The notes under the pieces: generated by a model | Databases searched by the model: none | Seen by the model: the letters and a program-made list of their open reading frames with translations, nothing else | What the model was told of the DNA's origin: nothing | Translations under genes and position numbers: made by a program | DNA from: a virus | Length of the DNA stretch: 50,035 bases | Direction: 5' to 3' (one strand) | Virus record (IMG/VR): IMGVR_UViG_3300022542_000276 | In this document: one piece after another, positions 9,801-19,500 of the stretch | Numbering within the stretch: position 1 is the first letter of the stretch | Layout: each line of letters begins with the position of its first letter

Positions 9801-9878
9801 CAGCCACAAGTACAACCTAACGCACAAGTAACTCAGCAAGTACAAGCTGGAAATTACATACCAGTAGGAGAAACATGA
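6861..9878 (+). CDS. Portal protein interrupted by an intein (653-aa extein plus 352-aa intein)
   Basis: The size after intein removal, the position between TerL and scaffold/capsid, and extein segments such as 'DPYLWFPDPSVS' and 'GPERLTKGEFQGTRG' are portal-like from memory. Confidence 0.75.
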   Translation: MPYISTGEPTTPGKTTMDYSRMSFDYDYPNNLNLKPGSKLHDRIKSKIWQRARESRNEMSKRFKSWKEIDKTMTVYIPLKDKEKELREKDPTKPVSIVIPYSYSVLESLMTYMSMAFFQDPIFRYEGVEDSDTIGAMLMELVIKTHCIKSKVPLAIHTILKDSFKYGIGIGIPGWTKQNGRVPIRSNSITNSTLGTQTTQQVEFIDKLVYEGNNLTNIDPYLWFPDPSVSSDKIQDGEFIGWLDRDNYMNMLSNEASSNGEIFNVKYLKAKKWKRSSLSIDESERETKFGGTSKEHRGLTTSTNPVDNIKMYINLIPKDWGIGQGEYPEKWFFNLAADDIITEMYRADHNHGMYPMAIASPEYDGYTITPIGRMELLTGSQETINFLFNCYDDKTEVLTDVGWINLSKAKESNMNVATVDPKNGSMWFEEPKQWFEYDYDDILNTFESKRYSLSVTPNHSMFGKYRYSNKPEFKPANLLHNRSKWDEFKIPTTVQFIGIQLNYTEIPPAKRKGNTGRLPRQSPVNISPDILPGFLGWLLSDGSINIGKSSGTYTVTIKQVKEKYFNEIDYFTKNLPFHVGKYFSKKQSSWQWSITDKGFYSWLKDNCYHGGTTGEFKEVPDIIRNADRFTLNRFLESFIHGDGHEIEGHKNLIQIGTESKQLSDDLQEIAIKLGYSCSIRNTCTSTGKPFWYLNINKNAPWATITDKNSSEVYYKGKVYCFENSTHLTIIRRNGKVSICGQSHIANVRKAVNDMFVVDPYLININDLTKPGAGKIIRTRRPAWGHGVKGAVEQLMVNDITRSNLADVQYMTNTMDRLFGTDSSMAGVMRQGGPERLTKGEFQGTRGSAISRLQQTAMIIGMQFMQDIGTMFAVHTQQNMTTEAFINTTGRYAGQLAKIYGPEATKIAVSPMDLAIATDLIVRDGSIPGGNFSEAWLQMFKTIGSSEQLMQEFDITRIFMYIAQELGAKNVEDFKRNVDRIQPQVQPNAQVTQQVQAGNYIPVGET
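8028..9083 (+). mobile_element. Intein with a LAGLIDADG homing-endonuclease domain
   Basis: Starts at Cys390 'CYDDKTEVLTDVG' (block A). Block B is 'LSVTPNHSMF'. The LAGLIDADG motifs are 'FLGWLLSDGSI' and 'FLESFIHGDGH'. Block F is 'VYCFENSTHLTIIRRNG'. It ends '...VSICGQ' and the +1 residue is Ser. Hand counts of single 60-nt lines gave 27-37% GC inside versus about 47% in the upstream flank. Confidence 0.8.
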
Positions 9879-10174
9879 TGGAAGAAACTAACGAAACAGT
9901 TATTAATTCTACTAAAATTCAAATAGAAGAATTTAAAGAGTCGATCGTTTGGTTAGACATAGTCAATGAACTTAATGTATGGAAAAAGGGATTTGAGATA
10001 GAAATGAACAACATAGTAGATGATGCAAAAGAAGACAATCCATCTACAGCAGCTATCTTAATGCATATGGGAAATATAAGTGGTAGAATAAAGACTGTAG
10101 AATATATCAAGAGTTTACCAGATATGTTCTTAGAAATTTTAAAAATGAAGGCAGAAGAAACTAACAATAACTAA
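9875..10174 (+). CDS. Hypothetical protein
   Basis: 99-aa ORF with an ATGATG overlap with the portal stop. Confidence 0.6.
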   Translation: MMEETNETVINSTKIQIEEFKESIVWLDIVNELNVWKKGFEIEMNNIVDDAKEDNPSTAAILMHMGNISGRIKTVEYIKSLPDMFLEILKMKAEETNNN

Positions 10175-10187
10175 TGGAGAACACTAA

Positions 10188-11000
10188 ATGGGAATGTTAG
10201 ATGAAATTAAAAAGATGGGAAAAACACTAATGGGTGGAGAGGAAGAACTAACTACAGAAACTCCAAACACAGACACACCTAAAACAGACGCCCCTGGAAC
10301 TTCTGTCCCTACCACAGAAATTCCAATAGACACTCTTGAAACAGATACACCTTCTACAAACACTCCAGTTACATCTACACCTACAACCGAAATACCAGAC
10401 GAATCTGCTACATTAAAAGCTGAACTAGAACTACTACGTAATGAAGTCGAAAAACTAAAATCTCCCACTCCTACCAATGCACCTACAACTGAAGCATCTA
10501 TAGACGAAGAAAACTTTATGAAAGAACTAGACTTTGATACTATAACTAGCAATCCTGAAGAATTCAACAAGCTTCTAAATCTTGTATATAAAAAAGGTGT
10601 ATTGGCAGCGAGGGATGAAGTAAAGAATGGTTCCAAAGAAGTTATCAAAACTTTGCCTAACTTAATAAGCGACAATATCTCGGTAATCCAAACACTAGAA
10701 AAAGTAAGCAATGATTTCTATTCAGACAATGAAGACCTTAAACCATATAAAGAAAATGTAGCTATAATCTTCGGCGAGATTGCATCTGCTAACCTTGACA
10801 AAACATATACCGAGAACTTATCATTAACTGGCGATGAAGTCAGGAAACGACTTAATCTAACAAAACCTGAAACAAAACCTGAAACAAAACCCAAGCCACC
10901 TAAATTACCTACTAACAAAGGTAACAAAAGGTCAAACCAAACCGAGCCAAAAGGCATAGCTGATGAACTAGCTGCTATGAACAAGGCTCTCGGAATATAA
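10188..11000 (+). CDS. Putative scaffolding protein
   Basis: 270 aa, acidic and coiled-coil-like, lying between portal and capsid. It has a T/P-rich acidic N-terminal region (nt ~10251-10403) and a 'KPETKPETKPKPPK' repeat. Confidence 0.45.
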   Translation: MGMLDEIKKMGKTLMGGEEELTTETPNTDTPKTDAPGTSVPTTEIPIDTLETDTPSTNTPVTSTPTTEIPDESATLKAELELLRNEVEKLKSPTPTNAPTTEASIDEENFMKELDFDTITSNPEEFNKLLNLVYKKGVLAARDEVKNGSKEVIKTLPNLISDNISVIQTLEKVSNDFYSDNEDLKPYKENVAIIFGEIASANLDKTYTENLSLTGDEVRKRLNLTKPETKPETKPKPPKLPTNKGNKRSNQTEPKGIADELAAMNKALGI

Positions 11001-11011
11001 GGAGAAATACT

Positions 11012-11479
11012 ATGAGTTTAGAAGATCGTGGCGCTCAGCATGATAAAATAGTTGTAGACAAATATCATGGACCTATCGCCAACTATACAATGACAACTAG
11101 AGACTACATACTACGTCCAGCTGCAGGCCCTGCCACTGGCGCATTCACTATAACTTTACCGCCAGTGACTGAGGCAAAAGGTAGATTTTACTCCCTTATT
11201 GCCCGCGACGCTGACGGTACAAATACTATCACTATCCAAGACCGAGATGAGAGTGAATGCTGGGATGGTGATATTACTTTCAATGGTAAATGTGATAAGG
11301 TATTACTATACTCTGACGGTCTAGCCTGGCTTGTACTTGCTTCAGTCCTAACCGCTACTGGCACTACAGCTGCACCTACAACTATTGCACCTACAACTAT
11401 TGCCCCAACTACCCTAGCTACAACTGTTGCACCTACTACAGCTGCACCTACTACTCTGTCTCCGACTACAGCTGCTTAA
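11012..11479 (+). CDS. Putative head decoration / minor capsid protein with a C-terminal PT array
   Basis: 155 aa, immediately upstream of the capsid gene. The last 42 aa are 'TATGTTAAPTTIAPTTIAPTTLATTVAPTTAAPTTLSPTTAA'. Confidence 0.4.
   Translation: MSLEDRGAQHDKIVVDKYHGPIANYTMTTRDYILRPAAGPATGAFTITLPPVTEAKGRFYSLIARDADGTNTITIQDRDESECWDGDITFNGKCDKVLLYSDGLAWLVLASVLTATGTTAAPTTIAPTTIAPTTLATTVAPTTAAPTTLSPTTAA
11351..11476 (+). repeat. Coding APTT(I/L) Pro/Thr repeat array
   Basis: Residues 114-155 of the 11012..11479 product. Confidence 0.9.
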
Positions 11480-11484
11480 CAATC

Positions 11485-11509
11485 AGACCGTTTAATTAAT
11501 AAACAATCT
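11485..11509. repeat. 25-nt dyad element, copy 5
   Basis: agaccgtttaattaataaacaatct. Lies 21 nt upstream of the capsid ATG, before 'aggaga'. Confidence 0.8.
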
Positions 11510-11530
11510 ATCCAAATAGGAGAATATATT

Positions 11531-12832
11531 ATGTTTCTTGGAATGCGTGCGACTGACGACTGGGTTGCAAATCAGCGACCCTTAAACTGGCGTCAACAAA
11601 TACTATATCTATATCCAAACGGAATGGCTCCACTTACAGCCATACTCTCAATGTCTGGCTCTGCAAGTGTAGACGATCCACATTTTAACTGGTGGACTCA
11701 AACACAGTCAACTGTACAGGGTGCAGTAGCTGGAGTATTCACTAATGCCGACTTATCAACTGCCTATGTTACAGGCGCAATTGCTGGAGATACCTTATTC
11801 ATATCTATAACTACTCTCCTTGCTAACCGTATCAGACAAGGACATCAAATCCTCCTCCGTGATGAGTCTGACTATCGTGTAGATATAGTCGGCAAAGTCA
11901 CTTCGGTAACTCGTGGCACTACCAACTCAGTCCTTGCTGTTAGATTACTCGAAGCTGATGACAACTCACCTGACAATAACCTGGCCGATTGCGACAACTT
12001 CAAAATCATAGGCAATATTAACCCTGAGGGCGGTGAAATGCCTGACGCCATTGCACTAGATCCAGTTCAAGTCTACAACTATACCCAGATCTTTCGTACC
12101 CCTCTATCAATGACCCGTACTGCACTTAAAACCAAACTACGCACTAATGATCAGTATCAAAAAGCAAAATCTGAAGCCCTTGAAATGCACTCATGGGAAA
12201 TGGAACTTGCTTTTATCTGGGGAATTATGTCACAGAACATAGGTGACAATGGTAAACCTGAGCGTACCACTAGAGGTGTCATACCTTTCATTCGTCAATA
12301 TGCACCTAACAATGTAGATGACTACACCTTAAACACCACTTACGCCGGTCAAACTTGGGTTACTGGAGGCGAAACCTGGCTAAAAGCAATGCTTGAACTT
12401 ATGTTTAGATACGGTGCTGAAGACAAACTATGTCTATGTGGAAGCGGCTTTCTACTCGGCATAGATGCACTTGCTATGACTGGTGGACAGGTTAACTTAC
12501 AACCTGCCCAAAAAATGTACGGTATGCAGATTCGTGAGTGGCTTACACCTTTTGGCTCTATCTACATGAAAACTCACCCTCTATTCAGCTTCGATGCTAC
12601 TACCCGCCACATGGGTATCATTCTTGAACCCAAAGAACTCGGATACAAGTACATAGATGACACTACATTCTTTGGTGAAAGCACTTCAAAACAGCACTCT
12701 TCTGGATATGGCCAGAGACGAATTGACGGACTTAACGAGGAATATCTTACTGAGTGCGGCCTTGAATTTGGCCTATCTCAAAAGTGTGGTATTCTTAATG
12801 GAGTTGGACTAAATAACGGACTAACTCCATAA
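11531..12832 (+). CDS. Major capsid protein
   Basis: 433 aa, in the position after scaffold/decoration. The N-terminal 'QRPLNWRQQILYLYPNGMAPLTAIL...DDPHFNWWTQ' matches a podophage capsid family as I recall it. A strong hairpin follows the stop. Confidence 0.65.
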   Translation: MFLGMRATDDWVANQRPLNWRQQILYLYPNGMAPLTAILSMSGSASVDDPHFNWWTQTQSTVQGAVAGVFTNADLSTAYVTGAIAGDTLFISITTLLANRIRQGHQILLRDESDYRVDIVGKVTSVTRGTTNSVLAVRLLEADDNSPDNNLADCDNFKIIGNINPEGGEMPDAIALDPVQVYNYTQIFRTPLSMTRTALKTKLRTNDQYQKAKSEALEMHSWEMELAFIWGIMSQNIGDNGKPERTTRGVIPFIRQYAPNNVDDYTLNTTYAGQTWVTGGETWLKAMLELMFRYGAEDKLCLCGSGFLLGIDALAMTGGQVNLQPAQKMYGMQIREWLTPFGSIYMKTHPLFSFDATTRHMGIILEPKELGYKYIDDTTFFGESTSKQHSSGYGQRRIDGLNEEYLTECGLEFGLSQKCGILNGVGLNNGLTP

Positions 12833-12845
12833 ACTAACTTTAATT

Positions 12846-12877
12846 GATCTGGACTAAACTATGTGTTAGTCCAGATC
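12846..12877 (+). terminator. Perfect 12-bp stem hairpin after the capsid gene (terminator/stabiliser-like)
   Basis: gatctggactaa / actatgtg loop / ttagtccagatc. No strong U-tract follows. The right arm shares AGATC with dyad copy 6. Confidence 0.5.
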
Positions 12878-12897
12878 ATTTAATAACCAAACGAACT
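12873..12897. repeat. 25-nt dyad element, copy 6
   Basis: agatcatttaataaccaaacgaact, followed by 'attggagac' and ATG 12912. Confidence 0.75.
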
Positions 12898-12911
12898 ATT
12901 GGAGACTAAAA

Positions 12912-13442
12912 ATGGGAAGTAAACTAGAAAGTACCTTAACTTTATTCAATGGCAAGAAACATATGTCTGTAGCAGACTTTGAAGTAAACAGTATTATCAA
13001 AAATAAAGCATATGTAATTAAAACCCTATGGACTGATATAGTAGATGATGCATCTATTGAGTTATACGTAGAATCTTTTAATGTATTATCCTCTCCTCCA
13101 TACGTTACAATAGATTTTAACACTGGAGGAAATTGTAGAACTTACGTATATAATGAACCTACTATGTCTAACGACGGTACTGAACTACTCTTAATAAATA
13201 GAAACTTCGACAAGGGATCTCATATCATTAATTCAAGAATGTTTAGAGATCCAACTGTTACTGATGATGGTGACTTAATCGGTACATCATTATTACCAGG
13301 AGGGGTAGGAATAGCCGCTGTTGGTAGTTCAACTCCAATATACAGAGGTATCATGCCACTTAATGCAAAACTATTAATCAGAGCTACAAATGTATCAGGT
13401 GTGACTATAGATGTTAGTTTAGACTTTGGTATGTTTTCATAG
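12912..13442 (+). CDS. Hypothetical virion-arm protein
   Basis: 176-aa ORF with a GGAG SD. Confidence 0.6.
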   Translation: MGSKLESTLTLFNGKKHMSVADFEVNSIIKNKAYVIKTLWTDIVDDASIELYVESFNVLSSPPYVTIDFNTGGNCRTYVYNEPTMSNDGTELLLINRNFDKGSHIINSRMFRDPTVTDDGDLIGTSLLPGGVGIAAVGSSTPIYRGIMPLNAKLLIRATNVSGVTIDVSLDFGMFS

Positions 13443-13453
13443 ATGATTTAGTC

Positions 13454-13478
13454 AGTTCATTCAATAATTAAACGATCT
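13454..13478. repeat. 25-nt dyad element, copy 7 (degenerate left arm)
   Basis: agttcattcaataattaaacgatct, followed by 'atggaggtagtaga' and ATG 13493. Confidence 0.75.
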
Positions 13479-13492
13479 ATGGAGGTAGTAGA

Positions 13493-14146
13493 ATGAATGA
13501 CTTAACTACTCAATTAAATCAGATGAACAACTCATTATTGGGGGAACCTATTAAAGATAGGTTTAAAGAAATAGATGATGATATAAAAACTGGGAGATTT
13601 GATCGGTGTTATAAAGGTACTACATATAATAAATGTAATTTATTCTTAAATGATACAGCTAAACGGTTTGGAATAGATATACCAAAGAATAAAGATTTAC
13701 CTGATTTTTTATTACAGGGTAATATATCTTCATCTGGTGGAGTTCTTTCAGAGCATCTAGATAAACCAATGACAGCTGGATGGTTAGATGATTACTATGA
13801 AAATCGTTCAGCATTATCTAATAGTGGTGTAAGTCGGGTAGGAATAGATGAAGGACAAAAATTAGCTAATGATAAAAATCTTGTAATGGTTTTAGGTAGT
13901 GGTCATGCTTCATTATTAGCACCGTCTAAAACTGGGATGCCTACTATATATAGATCAGATAGATCCTTTCGCGGTAAAGATAAAAGGATAAAAGTTGGAA
14001 TTAAGAATGTTGATAAGTTTAAATACTTTTATATAAATCCAGATCAATATAATATATTTAATGAAGTTATTGCACAGAAAGGTATATCTAATAAAGATAT
14101 TTCTAGTAAGTCAGATTTATACTTGGATTTAATAGATAAAGAATAA
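13493..14146 (+). CDS. Hypothetical protein, possibly a Cys/His (papain/NlpC-like) hydrolase
   Basis: 217 aa. The candidate catalytic residues 'YNKCNLFLND' and 'GSGHASLL' are a weak, motif-only guess. Confidence 0.3.
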   Translation: MNDLTTQLNQMNNSLLGEPIKDRFKEIDDDIKTGRFDRCYKGTTYNKCNLFLNDTAKRFGIDIPKNKDLPDFLLQGNISSSGGVLSEHLDKPMTAGWLDDYYENRSALSNSGVSRVGIDEGQKLANDKNLVMVLGSGHASLLAPSKTGMPTIYRSDRSFRGKDKRIKVGIKNVDKFKYFYINPDQYNIFNEVIAQKGISNKDISSKSDLYLDLIDKE

Positions 14147-14161
14147 GGAAAGGTTGTAAAT

Positions 14162-14884
14162 ATGAATCTGTTACAAATAAGAACAAAATTCAGAGAACTA
14201 TCAGGCCGATTTGATCTAGTCAATCCAGACTACACTGACAATGGCGCTGACTTCTTTATCAACGAAGCTAGAAAATACCTAGACCGATTAGCCGAGACTC
14301 AAAAATCTTGGGGTAATTTCTACTACTTATTAAACATAGGTGAATACTTAGTAAAATTTCCCTACTGTAGATCAATCAAAGAAGTCTGGGTTGCTTCAAC
14401 TACTGCTTCATGGCAGTTGGAAAAAAAGCGTTTACAAGATATCCTATTATCCTATGGCAAAGGCCTCGTAAGCATACTTACCAACAGCACACCTTTATAC
14501 TACTCACCTTGCATTTCAAGGCACATCCCTGAAAACTCCACTCCTGCCGAACTTGCAGTCTTTGCGCCTTATATAGAAATACCTTCTGGAATAACTAACG
14601 AAATAAATGCTTTACTAATCAATATCCCTACTGACACAATCCTAACAGTAACTGTTAAAGGCCTTTTCTATTCAATGGAATTAGTCAATAACACAGATCA
14701 AAACTATTGGTCTGAAGTCCATCCACTTCTTCTATATATGTCAACTATGCGTGCAATAGAAGTAACCAATAGAAACACACAAGGTGTTAATGACTGGACA
14801 AAAGCTATATCAACCGAAGTCGGTCAATTGGGCATGGACCTTGTTGATGAAATCATTTCTGAAATAGATCAAATAGAGGACTAA
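14162..14884 (+). CDS. Putative head-tail adaptor / tail tubular protein
   Basis: 240 aa. The call rests on position after the capsid block and the N-terminal 'LLQIRTKFRELSGRFDLVNPDY...FFINEARKYLDR'. It is a synteny-level call. Confidence 0.35.
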   Translation: MNLLQIRTKFRELSGRFDLVNPDYTDNGADFFINEARKYLDRLAETQKSWGNFYYLLNIGEYLVKFPYCRSIKEVWVASTTASWQLEKKRLQDILLSYGKGLVSILTNSTPLYYSPCISRHIPENSTPAELAVFAPYIEIPSGITNEINALLINIPTDTILTVTVKGLFYSMELVNNTDQNYWSEVHPLLLYMSTMRAIEVTNRNTQGVNDWTKAISTEVGQLGMDLVDEIISEIDQIED

Positions 14885-14885
14885 T

Positions 14886-15032
14886 ATGAAAGAGGATGAA
14901 AACGGCAAGGAAAGTAGAAAGAACAAAAAAATATCTAAACATAAAAGAATAATAAAAAAATATCTAAAGAACTATAAACTAAATAGAATAGTCTTTAGAT
15001 ACAAAAAAAGGAAACCTAAACATGGATATTAA
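14886..15032 (+). CDS. Possible small, highly basic protein (48 aa), not in the ORF track
   Basis: ATG 14886 is preceded by 'agagga'. Product is MKEDENGKESRKNKKISKHKRIIKKYLKNYKLNRIVFRYKKRKPKHGY*. It overlaps ATG 15022 by 11 nt and contains a direct repeat 'aaaaaaatatctaaa' x2. Confidence 0.3.
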   Translation: MKEDENGKESRKNKKISKHKRIIKKYLKNYKLNRIVFRYKKRKPKHGY

Positions 15033-15426
15033 TTCTATTATAACTAAAGAAGAATTTGAAAATATTAAAGAACTCAACTACAGCACATTCAACACATACT
15101 TAATTAGACTAATCAAACTATGCGTCGAAGAATCACTTAAATCAATACCTTCTATAATGACTCACTTAACAAGTCAAATCTCTTATCTAAAAGGTCTAAG
15201 TGACGACTTCTACAAAAACAATAAAGACTTAGATACAGACTCAAACAGAAAAATCATGGCTCAGGCTATAGAAACCATAGAAAGTGAAAACCCTGGAAAG
15301 TCCTACACTGAAATCCTCAAACTAGCCGCTCCAAAAGCTAGAAAAATAATATCTAAAGTCAATCAAGTTCCAGAACCTAAAAAGGTAGAACTAAAACAAT
15401 TTGAAAGTCGTCTAGGAAAACTATAA
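15022..15426 (+). CDS. Hypothetical protein
   Basis: 134-aa ORF with an 'aaggaaa' SD. Confidence 0.6.
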   Translation: MDINSIITKEEFENIKELNYSTFNTYLIRLIKLCVEESLKSIPSIMTHLTSQISYLKGLSDDFYKNNKDLDTDSNRKIMAQAIETIESENPGKSYTEILKLAAPKARKIISKVNQVPEPKKVELKQFESRLGKL

Positions 15427-15923
15427 TGTATGAATATACTTTAACAATCAAAGGTGCTTTAAGTACAGGATTAAGAAAGACAGAAGACAATCCTAAGAAT
15501 ATAGGTGCGCTTACTTTAGCAAAAGGAATTATTCAGAAATCAACTAAGTTAGTTAACCTAGATCATTTAATCACTTTTGACATTTCATCTATTGAATCCT
15601 GTACTTTTCCATTCCCTCAGATATTCCAATTAAGAGAATGGACTTTGATTTGCACTCCTACTAAAATCTACACCTTTGATGGGAGTAGTCTTACATCTGT
15701 ATACACAGCCGATGAAGGATCTACATGGACTATAGGTGACTTTTACAACTATATAATAATGACTAACGGTAAAGAATTAATAACATTAGATCCAGAAGAT
15801 GGTACTTGGAGTAAGTATCTTGATTGTAAGATACCTTACTGCTTATGCCTATGTGATGTGAATGGACAGATATTTGTAGGTGGGCCTGAGGTAAGTATTA
15901 GCGCTGGATTTTTAGGGGAGTAA
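15426..15923 (+). CDS. Hypothetical virion-arm protein
   Basis: 165-aa ORF with a TAATG overlap with the upstream gene. Confidence 0.6.
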   Translation: MYEYTLTIKGALSTGLRKTEDNPKNIGALTLAKGIIQKSTKLVNLDHLITFDISSIESCTFPFPQIFQLREWTLICTPTKIYTFDGSSLTSVYTADEGSTWTIGDFYNYIIMTNGKELITLDPEDGTWSKYLDCKIPYCLCLCDVNGQIFVGGPEVSISAGFLGE

Positions 15924-15927
15924 TGAT

Positions 15928-16572
15928 ATGGCTAAGAATGAAACTTTTTCAGTATTAACTGGTGGTGGAGCAGATTCTTTAGATGGGATAACAACACCTT
16001 CAAATAATGACTTTGCTTTTGGTATAGTAAGTGATCTACATCATGCTTATATTTTTGATAGCTCTGAAGTAGGTGGAGAGAACTCACCTTATCAGATAAA
16101 GGCTAATGACGCAACTACAGGTAGTTGGATGCTTGTAGGATTTAAAGGGGCTTTTAGTCATGTGTTCGCGACCAGTGATGCTGGACAAAGTATTACACAA
16201 AATACAGATACTGACCTTATTTTTGAAGATGAAGTTCATGATCTTTTAAGTGAATATATTCATACAACTGGTATATTTACAGCTAAATATACTGGATACT
16301 ATCAAGTAAATGTCGGCATTTTATTTGATACTGCTGCATGGACAGCTGGAAATAATATAGCACTTTCTTTAGGTGGGACAAATACTTATAAATTACAGAG
16401 ATTTCCAATACCACTTACAACAAGTCAATATTATAGTATGCGTGGAAGTTTGTGCATCCCTTTGTCAGTAGGTAGTACGGTTAAAGCTATTGTTAATCAT
16501 AATGGTTCTGGAGCAAGGACTCTTATTGCATCGTCAGTATGGAATCATATTTCAATAGATCGTATAGCATAG
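15928..16572 (+). CDS. Putative receptor-binding protein with a C1q/TNF-like jelly-roll
   Basis: 'GIFTAKYTGYYQVNVGI' ... 'LCIPLSVGSTVKAIV' resembles C1q globular-domain strands. Lies immediately upstream of the large fibre gene. Confidence 0.4.
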   Translation: MAKNETFSVLTGGGADSLDGITTPSNNDFAFGIVSDLHHAYIFDSSEVGGENSPYQIKANDATTGSWMLVGFKGAFSHVFATSDAGQSITQNTDTDLIFEDEVHDLLSEYIHTTGIFTAKYTGYYQVNVGILFDTAAWTAGNNIALSLGGTNTYKLQRFPIPLTTSQYYSMRGSLCIPLSVGSTVKAIVNHNGSGARTLIASSVWNHISIDRIA

Positions 16573-16580
16573 GTTAAACA

Positions 16581-19500
16581 ATGTCAAGACTCTGGACAGA
16601 TAATTCAACAGATCGAGTATGGACAGATAATTCTACTGATAGGCTGTGGAATGATAGTACATTTACTACTGCTAGTCCTACTACATTGGCTACTACAGTT
16701 GCTCCAACTACTATAGTTACAACTGTAGCACCTACTACTTTACCTCCTACTACTATATTACCACCTACGACTTCTCCACCTACTACATTAGTTCCTACCA
16801 CTTTAGGCCCAACCACAGTAGGTCCTTCAACTGCCGTACCAACAGTAGGTCCGACTACTATAGCACCTGAACCTAAGCATGGTTATGCACTGGTAAGGAA
16901 TGGTTGGTGTGAAGATGGATTTAAGAGATGTAAGTGGTCTAGTCTTGGAAGGACTATGGCAAGTCAGAGTAGTAATGCTATAGATGAAAGAGGTAGAATG
17001 TTTACTTGGGGACAAAATTATTATTCCCAAAGTGGTCAAGGATTAGGTATTCCAGCTGGAGAATTATCACAGATAGAATATGCTACACAGATTGGTGCAG
17101 AGAGTAATTGGGTTAAGGCCGAATCAGGAGAGTTGTCAACTATAGCAATTAATAAAGATGGTGAACTATGGGGATGGGGTAATGCAGATAATGACTGTGA
17201 GCCTTTTGGTCTACCACCTTTTTCTGGGGATAATGGTGATGCTAGATTTTACTACCCAAGAATGGTAACTCCAGGATATGTATGGAAAGACTTCACCCAT
17301 GACTATTATCATACTATGGCTATAGATGAAAATGATAAGTTATGGATCTGGGGAATGAACTATGATGAATGTTTTGGGATGAGAGGAGTTCCTATACCTT
17401 ATAATAATGGTTCAGCTACACCGATCCAGCATACATATCTAACTGATGATGTAAAGTTAATAGATTGTGAATTGTTAGGTAATGTAGTTGTAACAACTAA
17501 TGATAAAGTATATGTATTCGGTGAAGGATTTTATACCTTCTTTGGATTTCCTGATCTAAAAGAGCCAAGAGAAATAACTGGATTGATTATTCCTTTAGGT
17601 GAAACTATAACTGAAATCACCTCATCTAATATGGGAATAACTGCATTATTGTCTAATGGTGAACTATGGGCAGCTGGACAGAGTTATATCTTTGGTGATA
17701 ACCGTACTGCATACCCTGCTGGATCAGACACTTTTGTTAAGATCCCTTTCTTTATTGGAAAAGAAGTTGTAAAAGTAAGGAATACATCACTTGGTGCTAC
17801 AAGTATGTTTGTGATAGATGCTAATGGAAACATTTGGGGATGGAGTTATACTACTCAATTCTATCCTGGAAATAGTTTACCAATTCCAGCTTCATATAAT
17901 GAGTTTATGCTAGTCGCTTCAGAATATGAAGGGCAATATAAATGGATAGACATGATAAACAATGAGCATCAACAATGTTATCAAACAATAGATAAAAATG
18001 GATATCTTTATACATGGGGACGACAGTGGTGGGGACCACACTTAGCATTAGGTGCTGCATATGATCAATCTGCAGCAGACGACGATCCTAATATTACAGA
18101 TATAGTAAAGGCAAGACTATATGCAGGTAAAGCTGCAAGAGCACTTGACTACAAACAAGAATTTACTACTTTAAATACTATACCAGTCGGTGAATCGAAC
18201 TACATCCAACCACTTGACCAAGATAAACGACATAAACCCTGTGGACACTGGCATAAAAGACTGTTTGAAGAGGAAGTTGAATATCCTGTAAACTGCTGGA
18301 TGCCTAGTCTAGCAGTCCATAATGAGTTAATTTTCTTCGTTGCATCTGGCAAACATCAACAACTTCATATAGCTGACACCGGCAGTGAAGTGTTATTCTT
18401 TACTTATAATATAGATACTGGAGTATGGGAGTGGTTACTGTACGAACAAAACATAAACGCATCTAACTTTCCAGGCGGTGCAGCTATCGACATAGACATC
18501 TATGCATTCTTTAACTATAAAGCAGATATATCTGGTGATAGACTAAATGAAATATTTACAAATCCAGCTATGGGAATCTGGGTACTACACAATGATATAT
18601 TAAAGTATACCGAGTGGACAGATAACATACCAATGTCTGGACAAAATAAACTAGGTGTGCATTCTACTGGATTAGTCGCTTTGGCTTACACTAATACAGC
18701 AGGACAAGTTTTAATAAAGGTATCAACCGACTTCGGTGTTACATTTAGTAATGTAAAAACACTGCCAACACTATCTGCAAGAAAAGACTATAGTTTAATA
18801 GTAGACCCTAATGGATATATTTATCTAGCACACCAGATATCAACCACATCTATAAAGATTGAAAGGTCAATAAATAATGGAGTTAGCTGGACTACACAGA
18901 TAGTTTCTAACTATATAATGCCTAACATAACCAAAGTCAAATTAATCTCTGACAATGCTATGCTATTCTTAATCTGTGCTAGTGAGACGGCTACAGCTAT
19001 AGAACGCAGTGAGAATGATGGAGTTAGTTGGACAACTTCGGGAGCCGGAGAACCTGGAAGTTCTATAGTCGGCTCAGTCTGTAATATATCTGACGGAGAT
19101 GATAACTATGCTATAGTATTAGTAGATGGTGATACTATTGAATATAAAACTTTTCCATCAGGTGAACAATATACAGTCTACGGAACTATGTATAACTATA
19201 TCTGGGACTTTAACTATGGAGATTATACTTGGTTAGAAAGAGATATCGCGCATCTTAGTGTGGATAGTGAAAATATGGATATAAGTGTGCAAGAATCAAA
19301 TTCTACACTAGAAGGCTACAATGGAAGATTTGCTTATTCATCTTACGGATTTTTCTCTGCACCTGATAATCATGTAGCGATAGTAATATCAAGTAATAAA
19401 GGAGCTAATTGGCAGGTAATATCTGTCCCACTTGGCTACAATAACGAGAATGAAATTTCAGATTTTAAAGGCTGTCCTTTATTCTGTATCAAAGATATTC

